Below, in pieces: positions 1 through 7,637 of a DNA stretch of 19,199 nucleotides (positions are counted from its first letter, which is position 1; the number at the start of each line of letters is the position of its first letter). Below the pieces are notes generated by a model. It was not told the origin of the DNA. It saw nothing but the letters and a program-made list of their open reading frames with translations, and ran no database searches. Where the stretch lies: positions 1-19,199 of the IMG/VR virus record IMGVR_UViG_2617270967_000019, one strand, 5' to 3'. The stretch comes from a virus. Lineage: Duplodnaviria > Heunggongvirae > Uroviricota > Caudoviricetes. The position numbers and the translations under genes were made by a program.

Positions 1-399
1 TCACTTCAGCGGGTAGTCATCAAACTCACCAGTCCGCGCGTCATTGATGATGTACGTCACCACCCCCTTCACTACGACTCGTTCCTCACAATCGTCGTCA
101 GTTATCCATGTCTTTTTATCAGCGTGGTCCAGTTCTTCCAGGTGCACCTTTGGCAGCAGCCTGAGACGCAACAGCCGTATCTGGTCATTCAGATGACAAA
201 TCACCAGGCTTCCGTCTACCGGAGTCAGCGATGTGTCCATGACCAGCAGAGCACCTCTCTTGATTCCTTCCCGCCATGATGTAGCAGCGTAACGGATGAA
301 GAATGTCGCCGCTGGTTTTCGTATCAACTCCTTGTCGAGTGAGATCGCATCCTCGTGGTAATCAGCAGCAGGGCTGGGAAACTGTGACATGGCAACCAT
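1..399 (-). CDS. UmuD'-like protein (LexA/UmuD S24 peptidase fold), N-terminally short
   Basis: 132-aa ORF, ATG at 399-397, stop TGA at 3-1, in-frame stop two codons upstream of the ATG. By-eye alignment to E. coli UmuD: FPSPAADY motif near the N-terminus, then P-AT-F, LLV-D and L-L-P-V-L blocks. It begins about where processed UmuD' begins and lacks the Cys-Gly cleavage site. Ser of the GDSM motif is retained as TSW, but the catalytic Lys position (UmuD VKKL) reads LLRL. Confidence 0.55.
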   Translation of the reverse strand: MVAMSQFPSPAADYHEDAISLDKELIRKPAATFFIRYAATSWREGIKRGALLVMDTSLTPVDGSLVICHLNDQIRLLRLRLLPKVHLEELDHADKKTWITDDDCEERVVVKGVVTYIINDARTGEFDDYPLK

Positions 400-414
400 A
401 ACTCACCTCATTGG

Positions 415-434
415 CACTGTATGTACATACAGTA
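415..434. promoter_or_regulatory. LexA (SOS) box CTGT-N8-ACAG just upstream of the UmuD'-like gene
   Basis: Sequence cactgtatgtacatacagta at 415-434 matches the CTGT-N8-ACAG LexA consensus with an AT-rich spacer, centred about 25 nt upstream of the ATG at 399; it is part of a longer near-palindrome attggcactgt...acagtaccaat. Confidence 0.6.
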
Positions 435-444
435 CCAATGCATG

Positions 445-488
445 GATTTTGATCGTTGCAACCGATCGATTTGAAGATTTTGATCGTT
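445..488. repeat. Two 13-bp direct repeats (GATTTTGATCGTT) with three GATC sites in the divergent intergenic region
   Basis: gattttgatcgtt occurs at 445-457 and 476-488 (31 bp apart, three helical turns). GATC at 451-454, 464-467 (inside the palindrome cgatcg) and 482-485. Confidence 0.6.
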
Positions 489-578
489 ATTTCCCATAAC
501 CAAATAGTGAGCAATTTTGGGACATTTATTATAAATTTAAATTGTCTTTAAATATAAATATCCAATCGGTAAATCATC

Positions 579-1865
579 GTGAAAAATAATTCCGCGCTGT
601 TTGTTGGTTCTTTTTTTGAAAGTGACCAAAGCTCAAAAGTAAACCTGGCATTATCTTATGATGGAGAACGATTCGAAAAAATAAAGGCTCAATTCCTTTG
701 GGCTATTGGTGGAACTGGAGAAGTTTTAGGGAGAGACCCATCAATTATTTATCACAACGGTTGGTGGTTAATAGCCGTATCAGGATATACAGAAAACGTT
801 TATGACGTCGATTGCTGGCGCTCACGTGATTTAACCGTGTGGGAACTGGTACGAATTAAGCTTGGCGATACGCCAGTCTGTGGGAAACGATTACCGGGTT
901 CAGATCTGGTGACCACTGACGTGTGGGCTCCTGAATGGTTTGTTGATGACGAAAATCTGTTCCTGATAGTCAGCCTGCGTTATTACAACGATCAGACTGA
1001 CAGTAAAGGTGTAAATGTCAAAAGTTTTAAAACATTCTATTCTGTCTGTTCTGATGTTGAGAGACTGGAGTTTTACGATCCGGTTGCGGTAAATATCGAA
1101 CCAAAAAACATGATTGATTCTGTTTTTTCCAGAATATTCCAGACGTATTACCTGACAATAAAAGATGAAATCACCAAAAAAATTGAGGTGTATTGTTCAA
1201 ATTGTTTCTCAGGACAGTTCACGAAATTATCAGTAATTCCGTTTACTCAGGCGGCGGAAGGCCCGGCGCTGGTTTATTTGCCGGACGGCACGATCAGAAT
1301 CTATGCGGATTTTTTCGACACAAAAAAATGGACTTATTTTGTAGACACGAAAGACTTCGTGACGTTCACGCCAGAGCGCCCCGTTTTGTTTGACGGCAGA
1401 ATTAAGCGCGGGACTATTACAAATGTGCTGAACTGGCGCGATAGTGAAACCGCATTGCAGCAACTGTCGGCGCTGTTCTGTGCAAACTCCGGGGATTTAC
1501 AGCCAGGGAAAATCCACAAGCTCATTGATGTAGCGGGAACGAGCAATATCAACGCTACTGATTTAATCTGGTGGCCTGAAACTGGACATTGTTATTTCAC
1601 CGAGGGGTTATCCGGTAACGTGACAATCAATGCGCTGCCAACTGTTTACCCGGACGGGAGTTCGTTTTATCTGATGGTCCGAAGCGCAACGCCGGGAGCT
1701 GGTGATCTGACGCTTAAACAGGCTGTCGGCGACCTGTACCACCCGGCTAATGGCATGGCGATATTTGATGCTGATTTGGTAGTGGCGGCTGGCGGGAACG
1801 CCGCATCACGTCTGTTTAGAATGGTGTGCTTTGATGGCCAGTTGTGGGTTGAGGGGGTTTTCTGA
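579..1865 (+). CDS. Hypothetical protein, possible five-bladed beta-propeller glycoside hydrolase (GH43-like)
   Basis: 428-aa ORF, AT-rich. The only in-frame start after the upstream stop is GTG at 579, with a weak RBS. Motifs resembling the GH43 catalytic triad context: GRDPSIIYHNGWW (about residue 50), DVWAPEWF (about 117), AEGPALVYLPDG (about 227). No signal peptide seen. Function is a low-confidence guess. Confidence 0.45.
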   Translation: MKNNSALFVGSFFESDQSSKVNLALSYDGERFEKIKAQFLWAIGGTGEVLGRDPSIIYHNGWWLIAVSGYTENVYDVDCWRSRDLTVWELVRIKLGDTPVCGKRLPGSDLVTTDVWAPEWFVDDENLFLIVSLRYYNDQTDSKGVNVKSFKTFYSVCSDVERLEFYDPVAVNIEPKNMIDSVFSRIFQTYYLTIKDEITKKIEVYCSNCFSGQFTKLSVIPFTQAAEGPALVYLPDGTIRIYADFFDTKKWTYFVDTKDFVTFTPERPVLFDGRIKRGTITNVLNWRDSETALQQLSALFCANSGDLQPGKIHKLIDVAGTSNINATDLIWWPETGHCYFTEGLSGNVTINALPTVYPDGSSFYLMVRSATPGAGDLTLKQAVGDLYHPANGMAIFDADLVVAAGGNAASRLFRMVCFDGQLWVEGVF

Positions 1866-1899
1866 TATAATTGTGGCTCAATGAAAATTGGGCCACATA

Positions 1900-2961
1900 A
1901 TGAACAATAAAATATTTTCCGTCCAGTATCTTCGTGGAATAGCAGCGCTACTTGTGGTGCTGTACCATTTTTCTTTTTTTACTCCGCGCTGGTTTGCTAA
2001 TTTATTTGCAAATGGCATGGTGGGCGTTGATATTTTTTTCATTATCTCTGGATTTATTATTTATTGGTCAACAATAAATCCTGAGGAATGCAGACCAACG
2101 GTATTTATTGTTAAACGATTCGCCAGAATATACCCGCTATTTTTTGTTGTGTTACTGGTTTCGTTGTTATTGCAACCTGCGCCTGCCACACAATTATCCA
2201 GGGGTTTTCTGGTTCTGCACAACGATTACACACTACCCGCTCCGGCGTTTGGATTTAATCTGCTACCGCCCGCGTGGACATTGACTTATGAAATATCGTT
2301 CTACGCTATTTTCTGTATGTGCGCTGCAATAACGACCCGGTATCGAGGTTCATTGTGTATCGCGCTGCTGATTGCAATCCCGGCAGTGCTACAGGTTGCG
2401 TTTAATGGAGGGTTGTCGTTTAACAGCACAGTCACCGCTATCCCTCCTGCTGACTCGCCGTTTTATGGTCTAATCAGGCTGGCAGGCTCAACGATGTTTT
2501 ATGAGTTTGCGTTTGGGATTATGTCTGGAATGATATTTGAAAGGTTTAAATTAATTCTTCCTAACTTAACTGCTATTACTATAGCAATATTCGCATCGGC
2601 TTTATTTTTCTATTTTTTCTTCACATTCTCAGACCATACCAGCGGTATAGAAGGAATGTTCTTTTTTGCTGCAATATTTTTTGTGGGCGTTTTGATGCTG
2701 GATAAATCAAAGGCGGGAGAGATAAAAGCATTATCAATTCTTGGCGACCTGACATATAGCATTTATCTCTGTCATTGGCTGGTAATGCAGATGGTACAGA
2801 AATTTATTCCGATTGGGGAGTATAAGCACTGGGGCGTCCTTGTCCCCTGCATGCTTGTTGCTTCTCTGATGATGGCATTCGCAGCTAACCGGATAATTGA
2901 AAAACCGTTTATCCGTCTGGCCCGTTCGGCGCTGAAACGCCAGGAGATTACGACGCGGTAG
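1900..2961 (+). CDS. Acyltransferase-3 family integral membrane O-acyltransferase (OafA/Oac-like)
   Basis: Begins MNNKIFSVQYLRGIAALLVVLYHF, a typical acyltransferase-3 N-terminus, followed by multiple hydrophobic segments. ATG at 1900; the ORF track start at 1888 is TTG. Sits 22-35 bp after the upstream gene, suggesting an operon. AT-rich. Confidence 0.65.
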   Translation: MNNKIFSVQYLRGIAALLVVLYHFSFFTPRWFANLFANGMVGVDIFFIISGFIIYWSTINPEECRPTVFIVKRFARIYPLFFVVLLVSLLLQPAPATQLSRGFLVLHNDYTLPAPAFGFNLLPPAWTLTYEISFYAIFCMCAAITTRYRGSLCIALLIAIPAVLQVAFNGGLSFNSTVTAIPPADSPFYGLIRLAGSTMFYEFAFGIMSGMIFERFKLILPNLTAITIAIFASALFFYFFFTFSDHTSGIEGMFFFAAIFFVGVLMLDKSKAGEIKALSILGDLTYSIYLCHWLVMQMVQKFIPIGEYKHWGVLVPCMLVASLMMAFAANRIIEKPFIRLARSALKRQEITTR

Positions 2962-3412
2962 CAGGACGTGGCGGCCATTCAAGGCTGTCACTTAATATCG
3001 CTGCTTCATCATTAAACTTCATTTTCTTCAAGGCATCGATATGAGAAAGCCACTCTTTAAAGGTCGCCTTCTCTTCATCGGTGATGATCTCCAGAATGAG
3101 CTTAGAAGGCCAGTGTTCGCTGCTTATATATGCGTTAGCCGCAGAGATTAACGCATCTCTCTTTGACTCGGCCTGTGCCAGTTTAAGCGCGAACAGTTCT
3201 TCTTTAGTTGGCTCGGGAATTTTTTCCCACGCAGGCATGCCGTCTGGCCCTGCAACCCTTCGCATGCCGTCTTTAACTGTTGGGTAAAATTCGGCGAAAA
3301 CACCCATATCAACCGGCACAGCATCACTGTATTCGTCCGTCTTTAACAGAGAGCTTTCCTTGAAAACAAAAGCGTTGCTTTTGGCACTATATAAAAAATC
3401 TGAATCAGACAT
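2948..3412 (-). CDS. tfa: Tail fibre assembly protein (Tfa-like chaperone)
   Basis: 154-aa ORF; C-terminal region ...KATFKEWLSHIDALKK...SLEWPPRP resembles the conserved tail of tail-fibre-assembly proteins (lambda Tfa, Mu U). Its ATG overlaps the stop of the upstream fibre-like ORF (TAATG at 3410-3414). Confidence 0.5.
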   Translation of the reverse strand: MSDSDFLYSAKSNAFVFKESSLLKTDEYSDAVPVDMGVFAEFYPTVKDGMRRVAGPDGMPAWEKIPEPTKEELFALKLAQAESKRDALISAANAYISSEHWPSKLILEIITDEEKATFKEWLSHIDALKKMKFNDEAAILSDSLEWPPRPATAS

Positions 3413-3847
3413 TACGCTCTCCCGATAGCAATCCAGTTAAAAACTGTTGGCTGCGCAGTAAAGTTGTGGTCGGACGAACTCCAGGTTGCAGAACGAACAT
3501 TAAAGCTCCCTGCGTTAACCTTTTCGGCACCATACACGGTTAAGAGTTGATAGATACCGCCGGAGGCTGTCCATCCAGAGACATGGCCTTCTACTGCAAA
3601 TACCTGGTATGAGCTCATCGCCACACCCATATTCACATTATAAAATCCGTTACTGTCCGTTGTACCTACATCCATCTGGATGATCATATTGCCAGGAAGG
3701 CGAATAACCACACCAGACCCGGTTGTTGTATAGGTAAAGGATGACATATCCGGAACTTGCCCGGTAGCCGGTATAAATCACACACTCTCCGACATACACA
3801 TCATCCGGATGGGCAAACAGCTCTTGTTTGTCTGTGAGCTCTGCCAT
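3412..3847 (-). pseudogene. Tail-fibre-like (receptor-binding region) remnant split over two reading frames
   Basis: Two overlapping minus-strand ORFs in different frames (3650-3847, 65 aa, ATG with a GGAG RBS; 3412-3747, 111 aa, Gly/Ser/Thr-rich). The second frame is open from 3777. Position immediately upstream of tfa suggests a truncated or frameshifted fibre gene. Confidence 0.35.
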
Positions 3848-4204
3848 TGTTGGCTCCGTTTATCCGTTAAAAGGGATATCAGTTAAGTTATCCCGTGCAG
3901 GGTATAAGCCATTGTCGAGACCACTCATTGAATGGCCTCTGCAATAACCGATGTCTTTCCATCAGTCCGCCACAACAAAGAATCTTTTTTGCCATAAGGC
4001 AGGAGGTTCATCTTTCAGTGGCTGCCAGTGTTATTTCCCCACTTACTGGCTTGGGTTGTTTCGTGGTACTGCCGTAACTGGTTGCCAAGAATAAATTCCG
4101 GTTTCATTATCAAGCCCACCCGTAGATGGGCTTTGTAATGGATAGCCGTTGCTCAGTTCTCGTAATGCTTTGATTTTTCCGATAACGCAGTTTTGCGTTT
4201 GCCA

Positions 4205-4726
4205 TCAGCACGCGATATCGAGAGTCAACTGCAGTTGCTCGCGCCAGTACTCAACATTTGCTTCAATAACCGGCTTATCCCATCGCCAGCGAGCCATCTC
4301 TCTTGCCCCATTGCTGGCTTTTGATTTCCGGTCATCGCGAATGCGACATGCTTGCTCATATTTCTGCTGCTCAGTCAGTTCACCGCGAAGCAGACTATCA
4401 ATGTGCAGGTCGCACCACACAGCAAAACGAGCATCACACCAACGGGCAAATGCAACTGAAAGTTTTGGATGTAGCCACGTACCACCACCCCTGTCCTTTC
4501 GTGCCTTGCTGGTTTTTACATACCTCGATTGTGAGGGATGTAAAATTTGAGATTCTTTCCCGGTCAACGCTTCGTCTAAAGCACGAACGTATTCAAGCGT
4601 TTCTGCCAAACGCATCCAGTTATCAATGCGTTTTCCAAATCTCTCAGCAACACCTGTGACGTTGATCCAACCATCAGTGTTGAAACTGACAATTTCACCT
4701 TTGTAATTAAGTGGCACGATATTCAT
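4205..4726 (-). CDS. KilA-N domain protein
   Basis: 173 aa; N-terminus MNIVPLNYKGEIVSFNTDGWINVTGVAERFGKRIDNWMRLAETLEY and the later WLHPKLSVAFARWCDARFAVW block match the KilA-N (APSES-like) DNA-binding domain pattern. Confidence 0.55.
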   Translation of the reverse strand: MNIVPLNYKGEIVSFNTDGWINVTGVAERFGKRIDNWMRLAETLEYVRALDEALTGKESQILHPSQSRYVKTSKARKDRGGGTWLHPKLSVAFARWCDARFAVWCDLHIDSLLRGELTEQQKYEQACRIRDDRKSKASNGAREMARWRWDKPVIEANVEYWREQLQLTLDIAC

Positions 4727-4873
4727 AACGTTTACCTACCATTTGAAATGAACCTTTGCCGCATAGGAAACCAGCCCACCGAGGCTCGCCAGCACTAACT
4801 GGTATCCTCAAAGGCCCATTCCAAAGGGGCAGGTTCGGTGTAAAAAACATGCGTTGCGGTACGCATTTATTGC

Positions 4874-4895
4874 AAAAAGCCCCGCATCGCGAGGC
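4874..4895 (-). terminator. Rho-independent terminator downstream of Rz
   Basis: On the minus strand GCCTCGC-GAT-GCGGGGC (7-bp stem including one G-U pair) followed by TTTTT (top-strand A-run 4874-4878). Confidence 0.5.
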
Positions 4896-4927
4896 TCATT
4901 AAATTGACTTTGTGATTTGCAAAAAAA

Positions 4928-5386
4928 TTATTTCAGGCATTGCGTCCTGATGTATTCCTGCAGGTAGTTAACCTGCGCGGTTATCTTGTCGATTCCACTT
5001 CGGAGACGGTAATAATTGAGTTCAGCATCTGCTGTAAGTCTTGGGCTTTCTCCATCGCCCATGCTGCTGGCTCCGGTCGTTGACTTTGCACAGGTGGCGG
5101 CGACTTGCAGGCGCTTACGACCAGCAGAAACATCAGCACGGAGACTTTCGATAGTCGCGTTAGCATCAGCAAGCTCCTTTGTATATCTGGCATCGAGTTC
5201 TGCTACATCACGTTGACGCTTCCGCATGTCAGCGATGGTGGCGTTCGCCTTCTCCAGTTCACTGGCCTTGTTATCGCGCTGCTCTTTGTAGGCGATTGCG
5301 TTATCACGGTAATGATTGACCGCCCACGACAGGCAGACGATGATGCAGATAACCAGAGCGGAGATAATCGCGGTTAACCGACTCAT
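4928..5386 (-). CDS. Rz: Rz i-spanin
   Basis: Starts [31 protein letters not shown], recognised as lambda Rz family (N-terminal TMD then coiled-coil periplasmic domain). The ORF track extends the frame upstream to 5515 but the RBS-preceded ATG is at 5386. Confidence 0.85.
   Translation of the reverse strand: MSRLTAIISALVICIIVCLSWAVNHYRDNAIAYKEQRDNKASELEKANATIADMRKRQRDVAELDARYTKELADANATIESLRADVSAGRKRLQVAATCAKSTTGASSMGDGESPRLTADAELNYYRLRSGIDKITAQVNYLQEYIRTQCLK
4981..5166 (-). CDS. Rz1: Rz1 o-spanin lipoprotein, embedded in Rz in the +1 frame
   Basis: Embedded ORF; signal plus lipobox [20 protein letters not shown] followed by a Pro-rich segment [16 protein letters not shown], as in lambda Rz1. 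Confidence 0.75.
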   Translation of the reverse strand: MLTRLSKVSVLMFLLVVSACKSPPPVQSQRPEPAAWAMEKAQDLQQMLNSIITVSEVESTR

Positions 5387-5474
5387 GACATCAACACCCC
5401 AACGGCCAGAAACCACGGCCACGCATCGTTGCCATTCAATGCGAGCAACGCTGCCATGAAAAAGCAAATCATGC

Positions 5475-5978
5475 TCATTGTTGCCCCCACAAACAGACTT
5501 CACGCTCAATCTCACGACGGGTCATCAGCCCTTTCCATTGCTTACCGCCAGCGTATGTCCAGCGCCGTAGCTGATCACATGCGCCCTTGATATCGCCCTG
5601 GTTTATTTTGCGAAGAAGCGTCGATGTTCTGAAATTGCCTGTGCCCACGTTATAGACGAACGAGTAAAGAGCGCCGCGCGTTGTTTCCGGTATATCGACT
5701 TTGATGTACGGGTTAATTTGTCTGGCGACCGTGGCAAGGTCTTTATTCAGGAGGGCTTTGCATTCTGCTTCGGTATACGTTTTACCGAGCATGATGTCTT
5801 TTCCGGTGTGTCCGTGGCATACAGTCCATACACCAACAATATCTTTGTATGGTATGTAGCTGACACCTTCCAGACCATCGTTACCACTCGGTCCAGTGAT
5901 TAACACAGATGCTATAGCAATAGCCCCGCCACTTATCGCCGCTATTACGCTATTTCGTAGTGCCGGTGACATTGCCAT
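5475..5978 (-). CDS. R: SAR (signal-anchor-release) endolysin, phage-21 R-like lysozyme
   Basis: 167 aa; N-terminal Gly/Ala-rich SAR domain [19 protein letters not shown], then a catalytic region recognised as the phage 21 / DLP12 R21 family ([27 protein letters not shown]...). GAGGA RBS upstream of the ATG at 5978. Confidence 0.85.
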   Translation of the reverse strand: MAMSPALRNSVIAAISGGAIAIASVLITGPSGNDGLEGVSYIPYKDIVGVWTVCHGHTGKDIMLGKTYTEAECKALLNKDLATVARQINPYIKVDIPETTRGALYSFVYNVGTGNFRTSTLLRKINQGDIKGACDQLRRWTYAGGKQWKGLMTRREIEREVCLWGQQ

Positions 5979-6153
5979 TCAATCTGTCCTCGCGCTCTTT
6001 GCGCTTGTAGTACCAGTTGATGCCAAATGTGCCGACAGTACAAAGAATACCAATGATGACAGCCCAGTCATTCAGGGAGAGAATGCCACCCATCGCAGTC
6101 AGTCCTCCGAAGCTGTAACTGAACCATTCTCTGATTTTGTCCATACGGTACAT
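5950..6153 (-). CDS. Holin with dual-start (antiholin/holin) motif, two TMDs, possible pinholin
   Basis: 67 aa; MYRMDK with ATGs at 6153 and 6144 (Met-Tyr-Arg-Met dual-start). Two hydrophobic segments ([13 protein letters not shown], weakly hydrophobic and Gly-rich; [20 protein letters not shown]) and a charged C-tail. Upstream inverted repeat cccctcaatgaagggg precedes the starts. 3' end overlaps the endolysin start. Not lambda S and not the S21/EssD sequence as I recall them. Confidence 0.7.
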   Translation of the reverse strand: MYRMDKIREWFSYSFGGLTAMGGILSLNDWAVIIGILCTVGTFGINWYYKRKEREDRLNGNVTGTTK

Positions 6154-6397
6154 GCTCTACCCCTTCATTGAGGGGATTTGCTCTATTTAATTAGGAATAA
6201 GGTCGATTACTGATAGAACAAATCCAGGCTAGTGTGTTTAGTAATCAGATTTGTTCGTGACCGATATGCACGGGCAAAACGGCAGGAGGTTGTTAGCGCA
6301 ACTTCTTGCCACCCGCTTTCACGAAGGTCATGTGTAGAAGGCCGCAGCGTAACTATCACTGATGAATTCAGGACAGCCAGTGGCTACGGCTCAGTTA

Positions 6398-6473
6398 TGG
6401 TGCTGGTTAACGGACTTGAACCGCTACCCATTCGCTTACAAGGCGACTGCTCTACCATTGGAGCTAAACCAGC
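6398..6473 (-). tRNA. tRNA, anticodon UGU (Thr) by manual folding
   Basis: Minus-strand 76-nt cloverleaf GCTGGTT-TA-GCTC-CAATGGTA-GAGC-A-GTCGC-CTTGTAA-GCGAA-TGGGT-AGCGG-TTCAAGT-CCGTT-AACCAGC-A-CCA. Perfect 7-bp acceptor stem, 4-bp D stem with GG in the loop, T loop TTCAAGT, encoded CCA; one mismatch at the top of the anticodon stem. Confidence 0.6.
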
Positions 6474-6478
6474 ATATT

Positions 6479-6552
6479 TGGCGGGACAGCGTGGACTCGA
6501 ACCACGATAAGAAGGTTAACAGCCTTCCGTAATGACCTTATACGACTGACCC
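6479..6552 (-). tRNA. tRNA-like, anticodon GUU (Asn-type), atypical D-arm (possible pseudo-tRNA)
   Basis: Minus-strand GGGTCAG-T-CGTA-TAAGGTCAT-TACG-GAAGG-CTGTTAA-CCTTC-TTAT-CGTGG-TTCGAGT-CCACG-CTGTCCC-G-CCA (74 nt). Anticodon loop and T loop match E. coli tRNA-Asn; one acceptor mismatch and short junctions around the D arm. Confidence 0.45.
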
Positions 6553-6745
6553 AAATAAAAAATCCCGAAACCGTTATGCAGGCTCTAACTATTACCTGCG
6601 AACTGTTTCGGGATTGCATTTTACAGACCTCTCAGCCTGCGATGGTTGGAGTTCCAGACGATACGTCGAAGTGACCAACTAGGCGGAATCGGTAGTAAGC
6701 GCCGCCTCTTTTTATCTCACTACCACAACGAGCGAATTAACCCAT
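6553..6745 (-). ncRNA. pR'-initiated short late leader RNA (lambda 6S RNA equivalent) ending at tR'
   Basis: Minus-strand sequence from ATGGGTTAATTCGCTCGTTGTGGTAGTGAG... to the hairpin CCCGAAAC...GTTTCGGG plus ATTTTTTAT, recognised as the lambda pR'-tR' transcript. TSS placement is approximate. Confidence 0.6.
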
Positions 6746-6790
6746 CGTTGGGTCAAATTTACCCAACTTTATTCAAAAAGTCAATATCAT
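6746..6790 (-). promoter_or_regulatory. Late promoter pR' with Q-utilisation (qut) site
   Basis: Minus strand TTGACT (6784-6779), about 17-bp spacer, TAAATT (6761-6756), immediately downstream of Q; matches the lambda pR' arrangement. Confidence 0.6.
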
Positions 6791-6826
6791 GCCGTTAATA
6801 TGTTGCCATCCGTGGCAATCATGCTG

Positions 6827-7450
6827 CTAACGTGTGACCGCATTCAAGATATTGTCTGCGATTGACTCTTCCTTGTGGCATTGCACCACCAGAGCGTCAT
6901 ACAGCGGCTTAACAGTGCGTGACCAGGTGGGTTGAGTAAGGTTTGGGATTAGCATCGTTACAGCGCGATATGCGGCGCTTGCTGGAATCCTTGAATAGCC
7001 GACACCTTTGCATCTTCCGCACTCTTTCTCAACAACTCTCCCCCACTGCTCTGTTTTTGCTATATCAACCGCGCGGCCTGTACCGTGGCAATCTCTGCAT
7101 CTTGCCCCCGGCGTCGCGGCACTACGGCAATAATCCGCATAAGCGAATGTTGCGAGCACTTGCAGCACCTTTGCCTTAGTATTTCCTTCGAGCTTTGCCA
7201 CACCACGGTATTTCCCCGATACCTTGTGTGCAAATTGCATCAGATAGTTGATAGCCTTTTGTTTGTCGTTCTGGCTGAGTTCATGCTTACCGCAGAATGC
7301 AGCCATTCCGAATCCGGCTTGTGATTGCGCCATCCCCATAGCAGCCATCACATCAGTACCGGAAAGAGAGTCAGAAGCCGTGGCCCGTGGTGAGTCGCTC
7401 ATCATCGGGCTTTTTGGCGAATGAAATTTAGCTACGCTTTCGAGTCTCAT
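6827..7450 (-). CDS. Q: Late antiterminator Q (lambda-type)
   Basis: 207-aa translation MRLESVAKFHSPKSPMMSDSPRATASDSLSG... recognised as lambda Q over its full length. Confidence 0.95.
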   Translation of the reverse strand: MRLESVAKFHSPKSPMMSDSPRATASDSLSGTDVMAAMGMAQSQAGFGMAAFCGKHELSQNDKQKAINYLMQFAHKVSGKYRGVAKLEGNTKAKVLQVLATFAYADYCRSAATPGARCRDCHGTGRAVDIAKTEQWGRVVEKECGRCKGVGYSRIPASAAYRAVTMLIPNLTQPTWSRTVKPLYDALVVQCHKEESIADNILNAVTR

Positions 7451-7637
7451 CGTCTTCCCCCCTCTTGCCCTGTTTGACCATCAGGACGCCGTTAACTATT
7501 ACGTGACGCTCGCCTTTTCTGTCTCGGTTGTACTTGAGCACTGTTCCTCTTGCGCAGGAAAGCATCCTCGCCACTTCGGTCTGATTGCCTCGTGCCTGTA
7601 TAAGCAGTTCTGGTATCGTTTGAATTGTGGCGTTCAT
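7428..7637 (-). CDS. ninH: NinH-like small HTH protein
   Basis: 69 aa; ...TIPELLIQARGNQTEVARMLSCARGTVLKYNRD... resembles lambda NinH as I recall it. Overlaps the Q start by 23 nt. Confidence 0.6.
   Translation of the reverse strand: MNATIQTIPELLIQARGNQTEVARMLSCARGTVLKYNRDRKGERHVIVNGVLMVKQGKRGEDDETRKRS

Noticed and set aside
445-488. Direct repeats as remnants of an insertion sequence or attachment site
   Set aside because: They are direct (not inverted), only 31 bp apart, with no transposase or integrase nearby; a regulatory role fits better.
1193-1552. Short ORFs on both strands inside the 579-1865 gene
   Set aside because: Embedded in or antisense to the longer ORF; no independent support.
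4149-4659. Plus-strand ORFs 4149-4550 and 4303-4659
   Set aside because: Antisense to the KilA-N gene, Cys/Ser/Arg-rich low-complexity translations, no motifs.
5016-5377. Plus-strand ORFs 5016-5216 and 5105-5377
   Set aside because: Antisense to the well-supported Rz/Rz1 genes; no RBS context or recognisable product.
6232-6510. 92-aa + strand ORF
   Set aside because: Overlaps the two tRNA-like genes and conserved lambda-like sequence upstream of the holin; most likely a spurious open frame.
6943-7324. Plus-strand ORFs inside Q (6943-7179, 7085-7324)
   Set aside because: Antisense to the full-length, recognisable Q gene.
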